This document shows positions 10,801 through 20,399 of a stretch of DNA of 43,126 nt, one piece after another. Source of the DNA: Ministeria vibrans ATCC 50519 (taxonomy: Eukaryota > Protista > Filasterea); assembly GCA_943704425.1 (NCBI GenBank), contig CALSCP010002371.1, positions 37,933 through 81,058 of the forward strand, written 5' to 3'. The notes below the pieces were generated by a model that saw nothing but the letters and a program-made list of their open reading frames with translations, was not told where the DNA came from and did not search any database. Numbering within the stretch: the stretch's first letter is position 1; each line of letters starts with the position of its first letter. The translations under genes were made by a program, and so were the position numbers.

Positions 10801-12611
10801 ACGAGTCGTTTGTGGGCGCTGGTGCGCGTCGTCTCGAGTCGACTGCACCGCATTATGTGAGTCCAGTGCGTCGCGTTGGTGATTCCGATGACGATGACCA
10901 CCAGGATTACGCGAATCTCGAGGGGCGGAGTGGTGGCTACGCGAATCCGCACGAAGACGAGTCGGGTGCCAGTTTTTCACTGACTCACAGTGTTGCGTAT
11001 GCGAATCCCGACGGGCTCACGAGTGCACGCGAGTCGGACACGCTCAGTAAGGTCTATGCAAACCCGGACTATGTGCCGAGTGAGGGCACGGCGAGTGTGC
11101 GTGCGTCTAATGCGACTGCCAGTGTGATCTATGCCAATCCGGAGCCAACTGACTCGCAGCGCACCACGTTTGCCTCCGAGTTGGAAGAGCCCCTGACGAA
11201 CGCAGAGGGTCCGCCGACACTTGAAGTGGTTTCCAATGTGTCATACGTGCCTGCGGAGATGGTGCGCTCTCCACGCGCACAGCCTCCCGCACTTGCTGTG
11301 GTCGACGAGGATGCGTCGTTGCGCGTGCAGTCGATGCCCTTGGACCGTCTCGCTCTGTCGAATGTTAGCATGTCGCGTCGGGCGCACTCGGCCGCTTTGT
11401 TGCGTCCCCCCGTTGACTATGCGGTGGTGCAGTACACGCCCAAGGGCGCGCGTGCGGCGGTGCTTAGCCGAGTGCGAGTGACGGATCAACCAACGGGACG
11501 GAAGGAGGGAGAGGTGCAGCCACTGCTGAAACAACTGTACGCGAGTTCAGCGGTGCTCAAGGTATCGCTGGTGGACAAAGAATTTAATGCGGATGTGTAT
11601 GACCTCGACGACGACGAGGAGCAGCGACGCAAGCGCGGTTCACCCCTGGTGCGTCTTGTGGACGGTAGCATTGGGGTGCTGGTGGCGGACATGCGTGCTC
11701 TGGCGCGCATTGCCCGGTCACGAAGTGACTTTGTGGTCAAGGACAGTGTGGGCGAGAGCGAGTTTGGAAGCATGTTCAGTGGGTATTTGCTGACGGATGG
11801 GCGGCAGGAGCCCGTTGTGCTTATTGCACAGTCGGCGGGCAAGGACGTGCTGGAGAACAATGTGAGTCGGTTTCTGGAGGAAGCGTCGCTCCTCAGCGAC
11901 CTCAACAACGACCATGTGGTTCGTGCGCTGGGCGTTGCGCTCGACACGGACCCCTGGCTGCTGGCCGTTGAGGAGCCGATGTACGGCGACCTGCACTCCT
12001 TCCTTCTTTCCAGTGCCAGTTTGCCCGGCGTGTCCTTCTCCACCGCCGACATGCTGCACCTGAGTCACCAGACGGCGTGCGGCCTTGCCTTCCTTGCATC
12101 GCGACATCTCGTCCACGGCGACGTTGCATCGCGCTCGTGCTTCCTCTTTGCCAACAGCGTTGTGAAACTGGGCGACTTTGGGCTATTGCGTCGGGTGAGC
12201 GAGTCGCGTGTGCACTACGCGAACATCAAGGACAGCGACGAACTGTGGCCATTGCGCTGGATGGCACCCGAAGTGCTCGCAGGCAACCCGTGTACGTCGC
12301 ACAGTGATGTGTGGGCACTCGGTGTGTGTTTGTGGGAGATTTTCCACCAGTGCCGTGCTGTGCCCTATGCCGCATCGCCACTCGAACAGATTGAGTCGCT
12401 GCTCAAACGTGGTCATCGCCTTGCGCCGCCCCCATCCGCTCCGCACACTGTCTACAGTATCATGCGCGAGTGCTGGCAACGCGCGCCGCGCAAGCGAGGC
12501 AATGCCGCGCTTGTGTCCGTGAAACTCAGTGCCGAGCTCAACAGCTGTCCCGTGCGACCCCACGCCGACCTTGGAGGGCTCGTCGAGGCGCACTTGGCGA
12601 CCAGCATTTAA
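1881..12611 (+). CDS. Giant single-pass receptor: Cys-rich repeats, about 44 EGF-like repeats, Thr-rich stalk, SEA-like domain, TM helix and tyrosine-kinase-like (probably pseudokinase) domain, about 3295 aa
   Basis: Hand-spliced exons 1881-1956, 2027-2082, 2145-2235, 2334-2800, 2883-3189, 3536-5577, 5633-5860 and 5991-12611 are all GT-AG and phase-consistent (9888 nt). Signal peptide MRPLTCIALLGAVVLMACAPADA. CxxCxxGxY/F repeats, then DIDEC-type Ca-binding EGF units. TM AAAIAVILLLLLLLALLYVI followed by RRRR. Kinase motifs HGDVASRSC, KLGDFGL, WPLRWMAPE, SDVWALGVCLWEI. Confidence 0.93.
3272..3506. repeat. Degenerate ~19-bp T-rich tandem repeat inside a receptor intron (3190-3535)
   Basis: Recurrent ttttgttattcattct(t) units. 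Confidence 0.8.
9000..9362 (+). repeat. Coding 30-bp tandem repeat (AATTAVE/DNGV, 10 full copies plus partials) forming the receptor's mucin-like stalk
   Basis: gctgc(g/a)acgactgc(c/t)gttga(g/t)aatggagtg is repeated in frame from 9051 to 9350, with partial flanking copies. Confidence 0.95.
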
Positions 12612-12969
12612 TTATTAATAAAGAATTGTCAGAGTAAATGATTAAATTTTTTTTGAGTCGTTGTCGACAAGGACAAGACAAGAACCATGGAAACGATTTT
12701 ATTGTGAAATTTGATGTAACTTTAATAATATTTATTATAATTATTATTCTAATAATAATAATAATAATTAATAATAATAATAATTATTATTATTACTATT
12801 ACATTTTTGGGAGTGATCACTAGTTTAATGTCCGCCTCTTCTGTATAAGCTTAGCATGATTATATAATAATTCATAAATCTGTAATAATTTGTGCACCTC
12901 TCTCTCATATAATAAAATGAATAAGGAGATTCGTTTAGGTACATAGTTTGCTTCTAAATAAAAAGGATG

Positions 12970-15900
12970 TTATACAATAATTTCACCCTCGCGATACTGC
13001 GAGAAGGTAAGATCGTGAGCGGAGAGAGAGAAATTTCGCAGTGCGTGTGCGTGGTAAACGTCGAGCAGTGCCTTGAGAGGTGAGGCATGGAGAGAGCGGG
13101 GCGAGTCGGCGACCATGGGTGCCGTGATGTTGGTGGCGGCGAGGGAGAGACGGCGGTGGAGATGGAAGGGCAGTGAGTGTTGATTGGCAAAGTGCACACG
13201 AAGGGCGACCGTGGGCTCGGCAGAGTCGCTTGCGTGGGCTGACCAGGCAAACCCGGCGGGAATGTAGAGAAGCTGGTGGCTCTGTTGCGTGAGAGTGTGA
13301 GTGGGAGAGGGAAGGAAGTGCTCGGGCGTGGAGTCTAGCGTTGAGAGGTCTTGGGAGGGTGTGAGAAGCGCAATGCGGCGATGGAAGTCGTAAAGATTAT
13401 ATTGGAGGGTGCCAGAGAGCACAAGAATCCACGTGTGAGTGTCGTCGGGAGCCGTAAGGAGGGGCGTGCGGCTGTTGGGGGAAGCAATGTAGAGTGACGG
13501 AGTCGCATGGGCCGTCGTGAGCTCATCTTGAGCACTCTGCTGCGCATAGTCAACGGAAAAGAGCCGTGGGATGACGAGGGAGGGCGCAGGTGGGCGAAGC
13601 AGAGCTGGACACATCACTTGGATGTTCCAGTCGAGAATCTGATTGCGTGGCGCGTCAAGAAAGTCAGAGAGTCGCAGGTCGTCCACTGGCAGTTCGGTGA
13701 GTGGTGGTACGATGTCAGACGGAAGGAGGAGTGTGTGTCCACAGAGGCGACGTATGTGCTCGAGCGTCCACTGGTTGCTACTATTGGTGAACAGCACCGG
13801 TTTGGACTGAGCGGCAAATTGCGATTGGAAGTCAGAAGGCGAGAGAGTGACAAGTGAGCGACGGGCAATGTCGGAGGGCGGAGGGAACGCTAGAGGACTC
13901 TCGAGAGCAGCAAGTTTCTTGTTGAGAAGGTCGCGCCAGCGCATGAGTTGACGGGCCGTCTTCTCAATGCTCTGGACAAGCTGGCGGTTCGCTTTTGGAG
14001 TGCCATGCGCTATTGTGTGGCGCAGCGACTTTCCTGTGCCCGTAAGCAGTTCGAGAAGGTCGCGCGCGAATGAGTGGGAGCGTTTTTTGAGGGATTTTTG
14101 AACGCTTTTGACTGTGTGGAAACCATAGAGACACTGGCAGGCGGGCATGGCATTCAGGTGATTGAGCAGCGTGGAGTTGGTCGAGGGAGAGACGGAAAGC
14201 GCCTGTTTGAGGGTGGTGCGTGTGGACAGGACAATCTGGTGTGCGGCGGCGCAGAGAGTGTTGCTGTGGAGGGCCAAGTCGTTGAGGTAGTAGCCGAGAG
14301 AGGACGAGGACATGGCGGAGATGGTGCGGGAGTTTTGAAAGGTAAAGGTGAAGGAGTCGCTGTTGGCGTTGGGGTTGGGGGTAAGATCGGGGGAAGGGGG
14401 CTGGTGCTGTTGCAGCTGCAGCTGAAGCTGTTGGTGCTTGAGGTGGCGGGTGGTTTCAGCGGCAATGAGAGGGCGCATGAGAAGCGCTGCGTGTGAGTTA
14501 AGGCGGGCAATGGAGTGGTAGAGCGCGCTGGGATGGGTGGAGAGGGTCAAAGGCGGGTGAAGGGGGAACGGGTCGGACTGGAAGGACTTGACAAAGGTAG
14601 AGAGAGGCTCAAGGGAGTGAGTGGCGAGTGAGCGGAAGATTGGAGATTGAACGGAGAGGGTGCGTGTACGAAGGCGGGTGGAGATGGAGGCAAGGAAGAC
14701 GTTGAGTTGGAGAGAGAAGGCAGGGGATTGGATGGGACAGGAGGACGAGGAGAGAGAGGGGGAGAAAGGGATGACAAGAGGGGAAGTGACGATGGGATCG
14801 AGGAAGGGAAGATGATGGGAGTAGAGGAGAAGGAGAGCAGAGGGAAGGGACGCGGGGGTTGAAGTAGAGGAGGAGGAGTGGGGACGAAGGAGGGAGATGT
14901 CTGAGGAGTGGGTGTAGAGGGTGATGAAGGCGGTGAGAGGGATGAAGGCGGCGGGAATGGTGGTGATAGCGTCGCGGAGGAGGAACGGAGATGGGGCACA
15001 GAGGTCGTCGGGAGTGGGGAGAAGCAGGATGCGAGCTGGATGGGGGTGGTGAGGGAGGAAAAGGAGACGAGCGCGGAGAGCGAGCGCGGCGAAGGAGGAG
15101 AGAAAGGGGATGGGAAAGCGGGTAGTGTGGGTAACGAGCCAGTCGTGGAGGGGTGTGTCGGTGTCGATGTCGGGCTGGTGGGTGAGACGGGCGGTGGATG
15201 AGGCGTAGTAGAAGACGGTAACGGCAGAGTGGGGCAGGTGGAGGGATCTGGTGAGGAAGGAGGGATGGGCGAGAACAAAGAGAGCCGTGCGGTGGGTGGA
15301 GGCGAGAAGGGACGCTGAGTGGACGTAGGACGGGTTGGTGTAGGCACCCATGACAACGAGGTGGGATTGCGAAAGAAGAGCGGTCGTCGCCTTGTGGGAG
15401 AGCGCAGAAGCATTGAGAGGGGTTGAGTGAACGAGACGGTGGAGAAGGGACTCGACGGAGGGCAGAAGAGCCGGTGAGGAGCCAATGAGAAGGTTGTTGT
15501 CGCGGCGGGTCGCGTTGACGTAGATGAGAACATGGGCAAGCTCGTAGGGCGATGGGAGGGCCAGGAAAAGGTGTGCAGAGGGGTCGAGAAGGAAAGAGCG
15601 GTGCGAGTTCAGGTCGAGTGTCGCGACGTGAACTCCGCGCGAAGACCAGTCGAGCGCAAGAAACTCCCAGATGCCTTCGCAGCAGACGGTCGCGTTGACT
15701 TGTGGCTCAAGGAGCGTGGAGTGAAGTATGAGGACGTGAATGGAGACCATGTCGGAATAGGGATGCAAAGTGTCGAGTGAGCCGTTGAGAAAGGACGGAA
15801 TCAAGTGGGGTGTGAGTTTGGTGGAGACGCGCGGGATGCCATGGAGGCCGGGCACTTCGAGTGCCGGAAGTGGAGTTGGAGGAGGTGCAGGACGAGTGAA

Positions 15901-16863
15901 CGGTGGTCGGTGGCGCTGAGGCTGACTGGTGACGGGTGTGTCGTTGTCGTCGTCGTCAAAGAAGGAGTCCCAGTCGTCATTTTTGTCGCTGGCGCTGTCA
16001 GTGGAGTCGGTGCGTTGCCGTCCGAGTTTGTTGTCGGAGGATTCGTAGCTGTCGGTGTTGTCGCTGCCAAAGAGCTCGTTGTTGAATGGATCGAAGGTGG
16101 CGTCGTCGGCGGTGTCCTGGAAGAGATCAAGCTCCTGCTCCATGTTGACGGTCGTGAACAGGTTGCTTGCAGGCGACTCGAGGTGGGCGAGGTCGGGAAA
16201 GCGCTGGCCGGAGCGCACGCGAAGGCTTTGTGGCTGGGGGTCAACCAGACGTGGTCGCCGATTGTGCTCGTAGAGGGCGGCGCTGAGGGTGAACTCGTTA
16301 GGTCGCGCGGCAAACGCAACATCTGTGGGCTTGTCGAGCCACCAGTGGATGATAAGGCTCGGAAAGTGCCCCTGCAGCAGAGCGGAGGCGGCTGCGTCTG
16401 TGTCGAGCAGCACAAGTTGATTGCGCGTTGGGAGGGCGACGGCGTTGGCAGTTGCGAGAGCGATGAGCGAGTCGGGATTGTCTACGACGAGAACAGAGAC
16501 GAAATGGACGGTGGGCGGGGCGTTGAGAGACGTCGACGGGGATGGCGAGTGTGCGGATGAGAAGGCCCACGAGGCCCCGGCGACGTGGAGGCCGGCGGGG
16601 GCGAGGAGAGGCGCGACAATGTCTTGGTACACGCTGTGCACCGCAATGTCGGCATGGCTCTGTGGATGGGCAAACTGGGCGCGATCAAGCCACGTGGCCT
16701 GGACGGGGAGTGCCGAGGTGGTGGTTGTGTGGGCGTCTTGGGCGAGAGCGAGACAGAGTGAGTCGGAGACTGCAAATGAATAGAGCTGAGTTTTGTCGGC
16801 TGTGACGACGCGGAGGAGGAGGAGAAGGAGAAGGACAAAGATGGGGGTGGGAGTTTGAAGCAT
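12970..16863 (-). CDS. Intronless putative secreted protein (~1300 aa) with a C-terminal degenerate JmjC/cupin-like domain
   Basis: A single long ORF. First ATG at 16863 is followed by a signal-peptide-like segment (IFVLLLLLLLRVVTA). C-terminal motifs FAAQSKPVLF, PSLYIASPNSRTPL, HTWILVLSG and QLLYIPAGFAWSA resemble the JMJD4/6/8-type cupin fold. Confidence 0.7.
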   Translation of the reverse strand: MLQTPTPIFVLLLLLLLRVVTADKTQLYSFAVSDSLCLALAQDAHTTTTSALPVQATWLDRAQFAHPQSHADIAVHSVYQDIVAPLLAPAGLHVAGASWAFSSAHSPSPSTSLNAPPTVHFVSVLVVDNPDSLIALATANAVALPTRNQLVLLDTDAAASALLQGHFPSLIIHWWLDKPTDVAFAARPNEFTLSAALYEHNRRPRLVDPQPQSLRVRSGQRFPDLAHLESPASNLFTTVNMEQELDLFQDTADDATFDPFNNELFGSDNTDSYESSDNKLGRQRTDSTDSASDKNDDWDSFFDDDDNDTPVTSQPQRHRPPFTRPAPPPTPLPALEVPGLHGIPRVSTKLTPHLIPSFLNGSLDTLHPYSDMVSIHVLILHSTLLEPQVNATVCCEGIWEFLALDWSSRGVHVATLDLNSHRSFLLDPSAHLFLALPSPYELAHVLIYVNATRRDNNLLIGSSPALLPSVESLLHRLVHSTPLNASALSHKATTALLSQSHLVVMGAYTNPSYVHSASLLASTHRTALFVLAHPSFLTRSLHLPHSAVTVFYYASSTARLTHQPDIDTDTPLHDWLVTHTTRFPIPFLSSFAALALRARLLFLPHHPHPARILLLPTPDDLCAPSPFLLRDAITTIPAAFIPLTAFITLYTHSSDISLLRPHSSSSTSTPASLPSALLLLYSHHLPFLDPIVTSPLVIPFSPSLSSSSCPIQSPAFSLQLNVFLASISTRLRTRTLSVQSPIFRSLATHSLEPLSTFVKSFQSDPFPLHPPLTLSTHPSALYHSIARLNSHAALLMRPLIAAETTRHLKHQQLQLQLQQHQPPSPDLTPNPNANSDSFTFTFQNSRTISAMSSSSLGYYLNDLALHSNTLCAAAHQIVLSTRTTLKQALSVSPSTNSTLLNHLNAMPACQCLYGFHTVKSVQKSLKKRSHSFARDLLELLTGTGKSLRHTIAHGTPKANRQLVQSIEKTARQLMRWRDLLNKKLAALESPLAFPPPSDIARRSLVTLSPSDFQSQFAAQSKPVLFTNSSNQWTLEHIRRLCGHTLLLPSDIVPPLTELPVDDLRLSDFLDAPRNQILDWNIQVMCPALLRPPAPSLVIPRLFSVDYAQQSAQDELTTAHATPSLYIASPNSRTPLLTAPDDTHTWILVLSGTLQYNLYDFHRRIALLTPSQDLSTLDSTPEHFLPSPTHTLTQQSHQLLYIPAGFAWSAHASDSAEPTVALRVHFANQHSLPFHLHRRLSLAATNITAPMVADSPRSLHASPLKALLDVYHAHALRNFSLSAHDLTFSQYREGEIIV

Positions 16864-16952
16864 GTATGTGAGGGACAGGGGGTTGGAAGTTGAATACAAT
16901 AAAAGTGAAAGTAGATCACCAATAATTAATAAAAATTAATAAATTTTTTTAT

Positions 16953-18259
16953 TCATTCATTCAAAATAGGAGGAAGATCTCCCGTCGTGCGATCAAAGAG
17001 CGCTGCCTTGGCATCGGCGTGCGACTGCGAACTCCGGTCGAAAAAGAAGTAGCGGGTTGCCTTGGTGCGGAGCAGAGCGAGATAGCGATCGGAGAAGAGC
17101 GTCTTGCCCTTTGCGACGCCCGTCATGAAGGCGCCCATGGTGATGTGCGACATCCACGAGGTGGGCGCATGGATGGCCATGGCGCCGTGGGTGGGTCCGA
17201 CCGGCACGACCGCAGCCGGCATGGTCTGCGAGTCCACCTTGTGTGTGGGCGGACGGTCAGCGTGCACCTGCAGGATGTTGCGTGCCGCTGCGTCGCCTTG
17301 CAGTCCAGCTACATAGGCCATGCGCACACGAAGCGCCGCTGCGTCTCCCACGACAAAGATGCGGTCGTGACCGCCCGCCAGCTGGAAGTGCTCGTTGACG
17401 CAGAGGGCGCCGCGGGCGTCGCGCTCGCCGACTGCGACAAAGGACGTGTCGATGTGCGCCATGCACCCATTCACAATGACATCCACGGGCGTGTCGATAC
17501 CGGCAACAGTCGTGGGCGTGTCTAGAAACGTAAAGGCGCTCTCTGTCCAGCTGGCCCCGCCAGCGACATCACGGTCCACCGCCAGTCCCGTCTTTACCGT
17601 CACCCTCTCTCCCCCAACCGTTTTGAGTGCCTTTGTAAGCTTGCCACTCAACGCATCAGCAAATGGAGTCTACCAAAAGAGAGCGAGTGTGAGAGAAGGA
17701 CAAAAAAAAAAAAAAATAGACCGACCGACTGAGTACGTACATCTCCCATGAGTTGGTCCGATCGCGACGCAAGTGTGATGTTCAAGTGTTGCAAGTAGTG
17801 TGCCATCTCTCCGGCGATCTCAATGCCGACGGGACCACCGCCGACAACAAGGGCATGTTTACACGTGGCCAGCCGCTCGCGTGTGTCGGCGTACTCCTTG
17901 GTGGCTTCGTTGGCGGACAAGGCGGACACGCGAATCTTGTGTTTTGCTCCCGTCGCAACCACCACAAAATCGGCTCGCACAGACGCGCCCGACGCCAGAG
18001 TCACAACGCAGTCGGCAGACACGTTGACCACGGTGTCGCGCAGTACGACCGCAAAGCGCAGTGAGCTGGCATCCAGGCGCATCACAGGGGGAGCGTAGAA
18101 TGCGGCGCTCGCTTGCGCCGCATATCCCCGCAGCCCCGCCACGCAGTGATCGAGGAAGTCTTTCTTCTCAACGACAACCACGTGCGCCGATCCGCGCAGA
18201 GCGACCGCCGTCTGGATCCCTCCGTATCCCGCTCCGATGATCACCACAACTGGAAGCAT
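16953..18259 (-). CDS. FAD/NAD(P)H-dependent oxidoreductase, AIFM2/FSP1-like; exons 18259-17741 and 17669-16953
   Basis: Two Rossmann motifs (VVIIGAGYGG and LVVGGGPVGIEIAGE), VVVATG and IFVVGD. A 71-nt GT-AG intron joins the two ORFs in frame. Confidence 0.85.
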
Positions 18260-18499
18260 GTCGTATCTATTGTTTTTTTTGTGTGTGTGTGTTCAATAGA
18301 TTGTAGAGTGGAAGAGGGCAGGAGACGGTGAGACGGAATAGCAAATGAGCGACTATCTTTTTCGTTTGCTAGTTTGGAAAATAATATGGATTATGAAGTA
18401 TGGACTTAATTTTGCATCTACTATAGATTAATTTTTGCGATCGAATTATTCGAATATGACTCATTTTTTTAATAATAATAATAATTATTATATATAATT

Positions 18500-20225
18500 C
18501 ATGCCGCTCCACGACGCGAAAAAACTCGCATCTCTTGCGGCGAAGAAAGCCAAAGAGAAGAGCATGAAGGAGAAGAAGAAGAATGCGGCGGCGGTAGACG
18601 TGAAGAACGCCGGATTGACTGCGCTGTCGCTTCGGTAAGACCCGACACGCGTTGGCGTGACACTCAACGGCCGTCTGTGCGCTCCCCTCGCCCTCTGCAG
18701 CGCCCACAAGGGCATCCGACGCGTCGATGCGGCAGGGAACGCCCTCACGTCGTGCCAGGGACTCCCGGCGGGCGTCGAGTGGCTCTCAGTGGCAAAGCAG
18801 ACGCCTCTCCTCACATCGCTCGACGGTCTCGACAGTGCGCTCAGTCTCAAAGGTTGAAAATTCTGCTCTGTTTTTTTTGTTTGTTTCTCACTCCGCTCTG
18901 TCTGGGTTAGTGTTCAACGGCAGCACCAATGGGCTGACGTCGCTGGAGGCACTCGCTCCGCTGAAGCAACTGTGTGCAATTGTCGTCAACAACAACAAAC
19001 TCAAATCATTGCCGGACAGCCTTCAGAACCTGACGCTTCTCAATTCACTCAGTACATCACAGAGCAAAGCGTGTGTGTGTTCTTTTACTCTGACACATCT
19101 ATGGTTTTGGTTTTGGTTTTGGTTTTCTTTTATTGTCTATTAGTTATCAGTCACAACGAGATTAAGTCGCTTGCAGTGATTGGTCGTCTTCCGGCGCTCA
19201 CCAAACTGTCTGCGTCGCACAATCAAGTGAGTGACTTGAGTGAGATTGGAAAGTGTGCGGAATTGCGCGAGCTGCGCGTGAACAACAATCGCATTGTGAC
19301 ATTGCCCGAGTCGCTCAAACGAAATGTCAAGTAAGAACGAAGCAAGATTATTTAAAAAAGGGGAGAGAGAAAAATCAATGGGCGAAAGGAAGGAAGGAAG
19401 GAGAGAGAGAAAGAAATGAATAATGCTTTTGTTTCAATTGATAGGTTAACGTTGATTGATTTGGGAAAGAATCGGTTGAAGAAAGTGTCTGATTTGCGAG
19501 TGTTGCGCCCACTGAGACAGTTACGGAATCTGAATGTGGGGGGAAACGGACTGTGTGAGAAGAATGAGGAGTGGCGATTGGACGTGATTGGAATGTTGCC
19601 TCAGTTGACGGTACTGAATGGACGAAAGGTGGAGGAGAGTGAGCGGAAGGAGGGAAAAAAACGGAGAGAGGAGAAGCGGGAGAAGAAGAGGGGGAGAGAG
19701 GAAGAGGAAAAAGGGGAAGGGGAAAGGGAGGAGGTGAAGAAAATGAAGGTGGAGGGAAAGCGGAAGAGGGAAGCGGAGGGAGAGGAGGAAGGGGAGAGAA
19801 AGAGAGGGAAGACGAGTTGGGCGGATTTGATGGAGGAGGGGACGAAGGATGGTGTTGAGACATCGTCTAAGGAGAGTGTTGATACGGAGGCTGTCGAGAT
19901 GGAGGGTGTTGAGACGGAGAGTGTTGAGGCGGAAGGTGATGAAGCGGAAGGTGATGAAGCGGAAGGTGATGAGGCGGAAGGTGATGAGGCGGGTGGGGTG
20001 AAGGAGAAGCGAAAGAGACCAAAGAAGAAGAAGAAGGCGAAAAAGAAGCCCAAGGCTGAGGCAGAGGTGATCGCGCCGTTGCGATCACGAGTGGTGGCAG
20101 TGAAGACGGTAAAGAAGAAGAAGACAAAGAAGACGGATGAGGAGGTGGAGGAGTTCAGCGTGGAGAAGGTGAAGCAGATGGAGCCAATGGTGGGCACTGG
20201 CGGAGTGTCCAGTTGGGATGAATAA
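18500..20225 (+). CDS. SDS22-class leucine-rich repeat protein with a Lys/Glu-rich tail (5 exons)
   Basis: Spliced LRRs (IVVNNNKLKSL, ISHNEIKSL, LSASHNQVSDL, LRVNNNRIVTL, IDLGKNRLKKV), an LRR-cap (WRLDVIGMLPQLTVLNG) and a charged tail ending GGVSSWDE. GT-AG introns at about 18635, 18853, 19052 and 19331. Confidence 0.8.
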
Positions 20226-20399
20226 AGACGGATTGAAGAATGTCATGATAGATACGCTAATGAAGACTTATGTCAGTGATACAAAGACGTAATTGTCAAT
20301 ACCAGGTTGTTCTGTTGATGGCTGAAGTGGATTCAAGTGGAAACTTTGAATGTTTGTTTCACAGTTTTACTATTAATTATTTGTTACTTCTTATGCAAA

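Noticed and set aside
1881-12611. Calling the receptor Notch, Delta/Jagged, Crumbs or fibropellin
   Set aside because: No LNR, ankyrin, DSL, laminin-G or avidin domains are seen, and the cytoplasmic part ends in a TK-like domain.
13335-16805. Overlapping ORFs within the JmjC-like gene (e.g. 14547-15539, 15805-16560)
   Set aside because: Explained by strong compositional skew and stop-codon scarcity, and the translations are low-complexity.
19929-19991. 15-bp coding repeat (AEGDE x4) in the LRR protein tail
   Set aside because: Real, but an ordinary low-complexity expansion in a charged disordered tail.
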